Source: the human T2T-CHM13v2.0 reference genome, Homo sapiens
Assembly (NCBI RefSeq): GCF_009914755.1
Contig: NC_060930.1
Reading direction: 5' to 3' (one strand)
DNA length: 64,000 nt
The position numbers and the translations under genes were made by a program. The notes under the pieces are model-generated. The model did not search any database. It was given only the letters and a program-made list of their open reading frames with translations, and had not been told where the DNA came from. This document shows, piece by piece, positions 53,520 to 64,000 of the stretch; within the stretch, counting starts at the first letter, position 1; every line of letters starts with the position of its first letter.

Positions 53520-53825
53520 GGCCAGGCACGGTTTCTCACGCCTGTAATCCCAGCACTTTGGGAGGCCGAGGCGGGTGGATCACCTGAGGTCAGGAGTTTG
53601 AGACCAGCCTGGCCAACATGGTGAAACCCCGTCTCTACTAAAAATACAAAAATTAGCCGGGCATGATGGCGGGTGCCTGTAATTCCAGCTACTGCAGAGG
53701 CTGAGGCAGGAGAATCGCTTGAACCTGGGGAGGCAGAGGTTGCAATGAGCCGAAATTCTGCCATTGCACTCCAGCCTGGGCGACAAAAGCAAAACTCCGC
53801 CTCAAAAAAAAAACAGAAACAAAAA
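53520..53825 (+). mobile_element. Alu (AluSq-like)
   Basis: TSD cagaaggcacagatta. Confidence 0.93.
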
Positions 53826-53848
53826 CAGAAGGCACAGATTAAATCTAA

Positions 53849-54169
<321 letters not shown>

Positions 54170-54302
54170 TCTAAAATTATTATTATTAGAATATCATTTA
54201 TAAAACTAATTTGATTATATAAAGAATTTAGCTGTGAAGGAATGGAACCAGCTTACCTAATGACCCAGTAAGAGCATTTTAGGCCTTTGGGGTTTAATTT
54301 TA

Positions 54303-54894
<592 letters not shown>

Positions 54895-55432
54895 CAGGTG
54901 GTTGAATTTTTAACAGCTTGATTTTCCCATTGTTGTCCTAGTCTCTGAAAGTAAACTTGGTGAAGTTGCCCTAAAATGCTAGCTTCTATCAAGGGTGTGA
55001 CATCACTATCCTGGTACATCCTGGTGTGTTTCTTGGAAAGTGTACACACTGACAGGCATTTTCCAAATAAAACATTTGTTTCAGTAAACAAGTGTTTTAT
55101 CCAGCAGCCCAAGTGGAGAATTTTAAAACCAGTGTTTGTTTTGCCAGCAAACATTTTGTTTCAATCCTTGCAGCTAAACAAGTGGGTAAGATTTAAGTGG
55201 CCTCCTAGTAAAAACAAATGTAAAACCATTTTCAGAAAACTCAGGGCTGAGCAGAAATCTATTTGCTGTTAGAGGGTGAGTGTAGACCTTCAGGGATATA
55301 ATTTATACTTTCTGTATAGTTCTGTGCTTAGCTGCAGTCAGAGTGAAAAGTCTTAGGTTTGGGGAAGAGAACTTTATTTTTTTTGAGGCAAGAAGGGAAG
55401 AAATAGAAAAGAATTATTCAATAAAATGTATT

Positions 55433-55611
<179 letters not shown>

Positions 55612-55806
55612 CTACCTTTAAAATATAACTAAAACATCATCAGGTATTTGCTCTGCTGTGAATTTCCTACCTCTTTTCTAATTATTTTGTGATAATTCCT
55701 CCAATACATAATACAACTCAATGTCCATGCTAATTTTCAGGCTTCATCTTCTAACAAAATTTGACCAAAAATCAAATTTTGGTCAGCTGTTGTTGCTTTT
55801 ATTTAG

Positions 55807-56168
<362 letters not shown>

Positions 56169-56189
56169 TCTTTTTCTTTTTCTTGTTAT

Positions 56190-56504
56190 TTATTTTTAAT
56201 TTTTTTTTTTTTTTTTTTTTGAGGCAGTCTTGCTCTTGTCACCCAGGCTGGAGTGCAATGGTGCGATCTCGGCTCGCTGCATCTTCCGCCCCCCAGATTC
56301 AAGCGATTCTCCTGCCTCAGCCTGCTGAGTAGCTGGGATTACAAGTGCCTGCCACCATGCCCGGCTAATTTTTTGTATTTTTGGTAGAGATGGGGTTTCA
56401 GCATATTGGCTAGGCTGGTCTGGAACTCCTGACCTCAGGTGATCCTCCCTGCTTGGCCTCCCAAAACTCTGGGATTATTACAAGTGTGAGCCACTGCGCC
56501 TGAC
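56190..56504 (-). mobile_element. Alu (AluS)
   Basis: Antisense Alu. Confidence 0.92.
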
Positions 56505-56915
56505 GTACATCATCTAGTTTCGCAATTTTGAACATCATATAAATTAGAACAGTATATATTACTTTTTATATGTTTGCTTTTGTCGACATTATGATTGAGA
56601 GTCTGGCCCATGTTGATGCTAATAGCTATCATTTGTTCATCTTCATTGTTTAGTATTCCTGTGTACTACAACAATGCATTTATCTGTTTTACTGTCAATG
56701 GACATTGAACTGTTTCTAACTTTTGACTCTTATGAAAATGGCTGTGAAGGACATTGTTGTACGCATCTCCTGGTACAGTTACACAAAAGTTTTTCTAGGG
56801 TATAGGTGGAAGGTGGATTGTTGGATTGTCAGATATTTGTATTTTTAGCTTTGTGCTGTAACTCGAAACTGTTTTCCAAAGAGGTGGTTCTAGTTTGTAC
56901 TCCCTCTAACAGTGA

Positions 56916-57231
<316 letters not shown>

Positions 57232-57299
57232 TGAGGTTGGGTTTTTAAAAAGGGTTTTTTTCTTTTCAGCTTTATTGAAGTATAATTGACAAAATGTTA

Positions 57300-57671
<372 letters not shown>

Positions 57672-57736
57672 TTACCGAAATCAATTTAACACGTCTGTCA
57701 CTTTACATAATTATCTTTAAAAAAAAATTTTCTTTT

Positions 57737-58030
57737 GGCTGTGTGGGGTGACTCATGCCTTTAATCCTAGCACTTTAGAAGGCTGAAGTGGGAGGATTGC
57801 TTGAGGCCAGGAGTTTAAAACTAGCCTAGGCAACATAACAAGACCCCATCTCTACAAAAAATTTTTAAAGATATTAGCTGGGCATGGTGGTTCTTGCCTG
57901 TAGTACTAGCTAGTTGAGAGGCTAAAGTGGGAAGATCTCTTGAGTCCAAGCGTTCAAGGTTGCAGTGAGCTATGATTGCACCAATGCACTCCAGCCTGGA
58001 CAATAGAGAAACTCTGTCTCTTAAATGAAA
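57737..58030 (+). mobile_element. Alu (AluJ-like)
   Basis: Diverged dimer. Confidence 0.88.
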
Positions 58031-58404
58031 AAAATAGAATGAGCATTTTTATTATTCCTAATTTTCACCAAAACTTGGTAGTGTTAGATTTTTATATTTT
58101 TGCCAAAATGGTGACTATGAAATGGTATCTTGTTGTGGTTTTAATTTGCTTTTCCCTGATTACTAATAGGTTTGTTGGCCATCTGTATACTTTTTTTTTT
58201 GAGTGTTTATTCAAACTTTTTGCCCATTTTTCTGTGGATTGTCTCTTTTTATAAAGCTAATTTGTTACTGATTTGTAGGACTCCTTAATATATTCTGGTA
58301 TGAATCTTTTTTTCTTTTTATTTTTCAGTGCCCAGCATCCGAAGATATAGTATGACTCTTTTTGTCGAGAATATGTGTTGCAAATATCTTCTCCGACTTT
58401 GTGA

Positions 58405-58841
<437 letters not shown>

Positions 58842-59419
58842 TAATGCTTTTATATTTTAAGAAATTCTTCCCTATTTATGAAGTTATTCTCCTGTATTCT
58901 TCATAGTTTTTTGAAGATATTCTCCTCTATTCTTTATAGTTTTTTTCCCCTTTCACATTTTCTTGTATGGTATTTCACTCATCTGAAACTGATTTTTATG
59001 AATGTTGGAAGGTAGAGGTCCATTTCAGTTTTCATTTAAATAGATATGTGTTTGTCCAGGCACTGTTTATTGCAGCTTCCATCTTTCCCACACACTCTGG
59101 AATGCCACCTGTGTCATGCATGTGTGCTCCGTCTGTTTCTGTGCTCTCTATGTGCTGTCCGTCTCTTTGTCAACCTTAGATCCAGCTCTACATTGTCTTA
59201 GTTATGACAGCCTTTAAGGAGTCATGCCATCTGGGAGGGCATGTGCTTCCACCTTGTTCTTCTTCAATGATGTCTTGGTGTTCTTGGCCTCTTGTGCTTC
59301 TATGTAAATTTTAGAAACAGTTCCAATTCTGTTACAGAATCTTTTGGAGTTATTAGGACTGCACTGAACCTGTAGACCAATGTGGGGAGAACCAGCACGT
59401 TTACAATAGAGTGTACCAC

Positions 59420-59710
59420 ATTGAAAGGCAGTGTGCAGAATCGCTAAAAGGATGGAGGCAGACCTCCTGGGTGCAGATCCTAGCTCCGCTCCTCACTGGC
59501 CATGTGACCCTGGAGAATTTGACCTTAGAGTGTCTCAGTTATCTCACTTGTGTAATAGGGATCGTAGTAGTACCTACCTTATAGGGTCATAATAGTACCT
59601 ACTGTATAGGGTAATTGAGAGGATTAGGTGATTACATGTCTTGCATATAATATGTGCAAAGTGCTCAGAATAGTCTCAGGCACATAGTAAAATTATATAA
59701 GTGCATGAAC
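59420..59710 (+). mobile_element. MIR
   Basis: ctgggtgcagatcctagctccgctcctcactggccatgtgaccctgg...gtctcagttatctcacttgtgtaataggg. Confidence 0.82.
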
Positions 59711-59790
59711 ACCAATTATGTATATCTTCTTCAATGCCCCAAGAACGTTGTGGTTTTCTTTATAAAACTTGACCTGTAGAATATACAATC

Positions 59791-60144
59791 CAGTCATGTG
59801 TCACTTAACGAAGGGGAGGCATCCTGAGGAATGCATCATTAGGTGATTTTGTCATTGTGTGAACATCAGAGTGTACTTACACAAACCTAGATGGTATAGC
59901 CCACTACACACCTAGGCTATATGGTATATAGCTTATGGCTCCAAGGCTACAAACCTGTACAGCATGTTATTGTACAGAATACTGTAGGCAACTGTAACAC
60001 AACAGAAATTATTTGTGTCTCTAAACATATGTAAACATAGAAAAGGTACAGTGAAAATATGGTGTTATAAGGAATGTGTATATACTATCCCTCATGGGAC
60101 CCCTGTCATATATGCAGTCCATTGTTGACTGAAATGCTGCAACT
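59791..60144 (-). mobile_element. MER47A (TcMar-Tigger nonautonomous DNA transposon)
   Basis: TIR-like cagtcatgtgtcacttaacg; internal gtgtacttacacaaacctagatggtatagcc and ggctacaaacctgtacagcatgtta. Confidence 0.85.
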
Positions 60145-60417
60145 GTGTGTATTCCTACATCTCCCTACATACGTAGAATATATTATATTACATATGTATT
60201 AGTGTATAGTAAATATTCCTACATATCATATAATATATAGGAATATATATAACTTTTAAAATATATTAAAATACCTTAAAACTTTTGATGCTCTTATAAG
60301 TGGTATTTTTAAGTGTTTCTGTGTACAGTGTTGTGTTTAGTTAGTATGTTTTAAGAGCTGATTATGACCATCTTTGATAAATACTTAAATACTTGTGTTG
60401 CATGAGGTACTGCTTGG

Positions 60418-60731
60418 AGGCTGGGCACAGTGGCTCATGCTTGTAATCCCAGGACTTTGGGAGGCCGAGGTGGGCAGAACACTTGAGGTCAGGAGTTCGA
60501 GACCAGCCTGGCCAATGTGGTGAAACCCCCATCTCTACTAAAAATACAAAAACGAGCCGGGCGTGGTGGTGGACACCTGTAATCCCAGCTACTAAGGAGG
60601 CTGAGGCACGAGAATTGCTTGAAGGCAGGAGGTGGAGGTTAAAGTGAGCCGAGATTGTGCCATTGCAATCCAGCCTGGGCGACAAGAGCCAAACTCCGTC
60701 TCAAAAAAAAAAAAAACAAAACAAAACAAAA
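60418..60731 (+). mobile_element. Alu (AluS)
   Basis: TSD gag(g/a)tactgc(t/c)tgg. Confidence 0.93.
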
Positions 60732-61067
60732 AGAGAGAGAGAGAGATACTGCCTGGGACCAGAAATATGGACACTTTTATCTGGCTGATGGCCCATCACG
60801 ATTACTGCTCTGTTCTCACAGGGTTGAACATTTTACTCACTTTACATGATTTTAAACCACTGTATCCCATTGACTTCTGTTGTTGAAACAGAGGATTTTG
60901 GCAGCCTGGTTCATTTTCTCTTGTATATCAGGTTCTTTGGGTTCACTATTTTCTTTTTAATAAGATCATGATATTTCAGTGTTTACCTATAGCTCACCCA
61001 CCATTTAGGTTTTATTTCCAGTGCTCTCATGCTTCCCTAAATCCTGTACGAAAGATGCTATGTCAGG

Positions 61068-61196
61068 AGGCACGGTGACTCAGGCCTGTTGTCCTGGCAC
61101 ATAAGAAGGCGAGGTCAGGTGTTTGAGACTAGACTGAGCAACATAGGAAGCTCTCATCTATTAAAAAAACAACAAAAAAACCAAAAACAAAAAAAC
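61068..61196 (+). mobile_element. Degraded FLAM
   Basis: TSD atgctatgtc; monomer-like body. Confidence 0.7.
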
Positions 61197-61665
61197 ATGC
61201 TATGTCCTTGGCTATTCGAGCCACAGCTTTGTGCATTGACACACATCCAGCATCAGCAAGCTTTTTCTAAATGAGAACAAGCGTCATTCCTTTGTCCATT
61301 TGTCAGACTTGTCACATATGTCTCTATGGGATTATAGTTTTTTTAAAAAAAGAAAAGAAAGTAAAGGGGGAAATATCTGTAGGTTCCCCTTGCCTGTGTG
61401 TTCCTCTGCTTTCAGCTCTTCAGCACAGGCAGTCTCGGTCACGTGGCCCTGCTCACGCAGGGCCCAGACCCACGCTGCGAAGCTCTGTATGATTGTGTTT
61501 TGGGTTGCAGGAGGCAGAAACTCAAAGTGAAACCAATGAAAAAAACCAATGTGTTCTTAATGGTTTTTACCTAAACCATAAATCCCTCTCTTCGAGGGAG
61601 AGGGGAATCACCCAAGATTTGGCCCAGTTCCCTCATTAAGTTCCAGGGCTATATTTGTCTGTATT

Positions 61666-61697
<32 letters not shown>

Positions 61698-61824
61698 TTT
61701 GTTCATATGTGTGTCAGTTTGGTGACGACCTGTGTCCAACTCACTCAAGGAAGATATTTAAAATGCAGATTCCAGGGCCTGATCTAGACTAAGGGAATAA
61801 GACAGTGGGAAGAGGAGGAGGTAG

Positions 61825-62228
<404 letters not shown>

Positions 62229-62364
62229 TAATTTTTATATTTTTAGTGGACACAGGGTTTCACCATGTTGGCCAGCCTGGCCTCGAACTCCTGACCTCAG
62301 GTCATCCACCTGCCTCAGCCTCCCAAAGTGCTGGGATTACAGGCATAAGCCACTGCGCCTGGCC
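62229..62364 (-). mobile_element. Extra Alu left arm (AluSx-like) fused to the preceding Alu
   Basis: Linker plus left arm with ctgacctcaggt. Confidence 0.9.
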
Positions 62365-62406
62365 TAATGGAACATTTTTTACCAGGTTTAAAATAAGATA
62401 TCTAAT

Positions 62407-62534
62407 GCCAGATGCTGTGGCGCACACCTTTAGTCCCAGCTGCTTGGGAGGCTGAGGCAGGAGGTTTGCTTGAGCCCAGGAGTTTGAGACCTGCCTGGGC
62501 AACATAGTGAAACCGCATGTCTATATGAATAAAA

Positions 62535-62577
<43 letters not shown>

Positions 62578-62585
62578 AATAAATG
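62407..62585 (+). mobile_element. FLAM with (TAAA)n tail
   Basis: TSD aaataagata(t/g)ctaa. Confidence 0.85.
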
Positions 62586-62599
62586 AAATAAGATAGCTA

Positions 62600-62740
62600 A
62601 CACTTATTAAGTGCCATGTGTCAGGCAGGCACTTCACATTTAAACCTATGTGTAGGCTACTATTGTTAGTCCCACTTTATAGAAAAGGAAACTGAGGCAC
62701 ATAGAGTTTAAATGCTTTGCCCTGAGTCAAACACCTGAGG
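62600..62740 (-). mobile_element. MIR
   Basis: cccactttatagaaaaggaaactgaggcacatagag. Confidence 0.78.
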
Positions 62741-63109
62741 CAGAATTGTCATGTTCTTTGACAATCTTCAAAGCAAATTCACGATATTTGTTAATTACAA
62801 AATAACGGAGTCTCTGGCACAAATGGGCCCAAAGAGTCTGCTTGGATCATAATCATGCCTTGGTGCTATATTAGGTCCCTTATAAATTATTCATTCTTTT
62901 AGCAAGTTCTTACTGAGCATTTAGAGTCCCCGTGGCTTGGGACAGGTATTCCACAAAAGGGAGGGATGTACAGGAAGTTATACAGACAAACTAGAAACTT
63001 CTTAGCAGATGCCTGTGCATAAATGAGAGGACTTGGATTAGGGCTGGGGGGAGCGGTGCTGACAGAATTACTATCCAGAGAGCTGTTATCTTGTTATCTG
63101 TTATCTTGG

Positions 63110-63250
63110 CTGCGTGCTAAATGTTTTAGGTGTATTTTTTTCATTAATTTCTCACAAGAACCCCACTGGGTTAAATTCTATGAATAATCTATTGAACAGG
63201 AAACTGAGGCTTAGAGATGTGAAGAGACTTGCCTGTGGTCATATGGCTTC
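63110..63250 (-). mobile_element. MIR
   Basis: caggaaactgaggcttagagatgtgaagagacttgcctgtggtcat. Confidence 0.72.
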
Positions 63251-63693
63251 GGCCTCATGGTTGTGATATGAAGGCAATGCGTATCTCTCTCTGGACCCTG
63301 GCTTTCATCCGCTGGATTTTCTGCTTTCGTCAAATAGGATTTTGTTTTCTAGAAGAGAACTGCCATCCCTCTGATAGTGACCCAGATGGCCCCATCACTA
63401 GGATCACTCTGGGCTTTAAAGAGATCATGGCTTATGATGTCAGTCATCGTTGGCTTGGCCTCTCTATTTTGTCCTCTGGTTCTGGTGTCCTCACCTGGCC
63501 CCTAGGGAATCCTTCAGAAATATTAGTATCAAGGCCATGTCCATGGCCTATAACCAGATTGGCAGATGTCTGTAGGCTGGAGGAAGCCAAGAACTGTTTT
63601 TGAAGGAGCATCATGGCTTTGTCCATCCACACTTACTGCTGTGCAGAGGTGAGGGGCCTTCTGTCCCTACTCAGGCTTCTTCATTTTCACTAG

Positions 63694-64000
<307 letters not shown>

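Noticed and set aside
58870-59612. Short tandem duplications (~33 bp at 58.9 kb, ~24 bp at 59.58 kb)
   Set aside because: Ordinary slippage duplications inside L1M and MIR

Overview
This is primate, most likely human or great-ape, nuclear DNA. It contains about 75 Alu elements or fragments, old L1M, L2, MIR, MLT1 and MER47A repeats, and one L1PA5/6-type LINE-1 (14366-19031). That L1 keeps both ends and a 13-bp TSD but has lost about 1.5 kb of ORF2, including the whole RT domain, while a 308-codon ORF1 frame stays open. A single CpG island (~38.56-40.29 kb) looks like a promoter. GC skew and the orientation of downstream L1s suggest a + strand gene with a long first intron, possibly with divergent transcription. 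I cannot name the gene and found no convincing host protein-coding exon; almost all listed ORFs are Alu-, L1-, L2- or GC-content artefacts. The most notable structures are the RT-deleted, ORF1-open L1 with a probable short 3' transduction, several chimeric or recombined Alus, and an Alu-tail (GAA)23 tract. I see no evidence for a novel multi-gene system. Subfamily calls were made by eye from remembered consensus features. Repeat boundaries are approximate (about +/-10 bp for Alus, more for old repeats).
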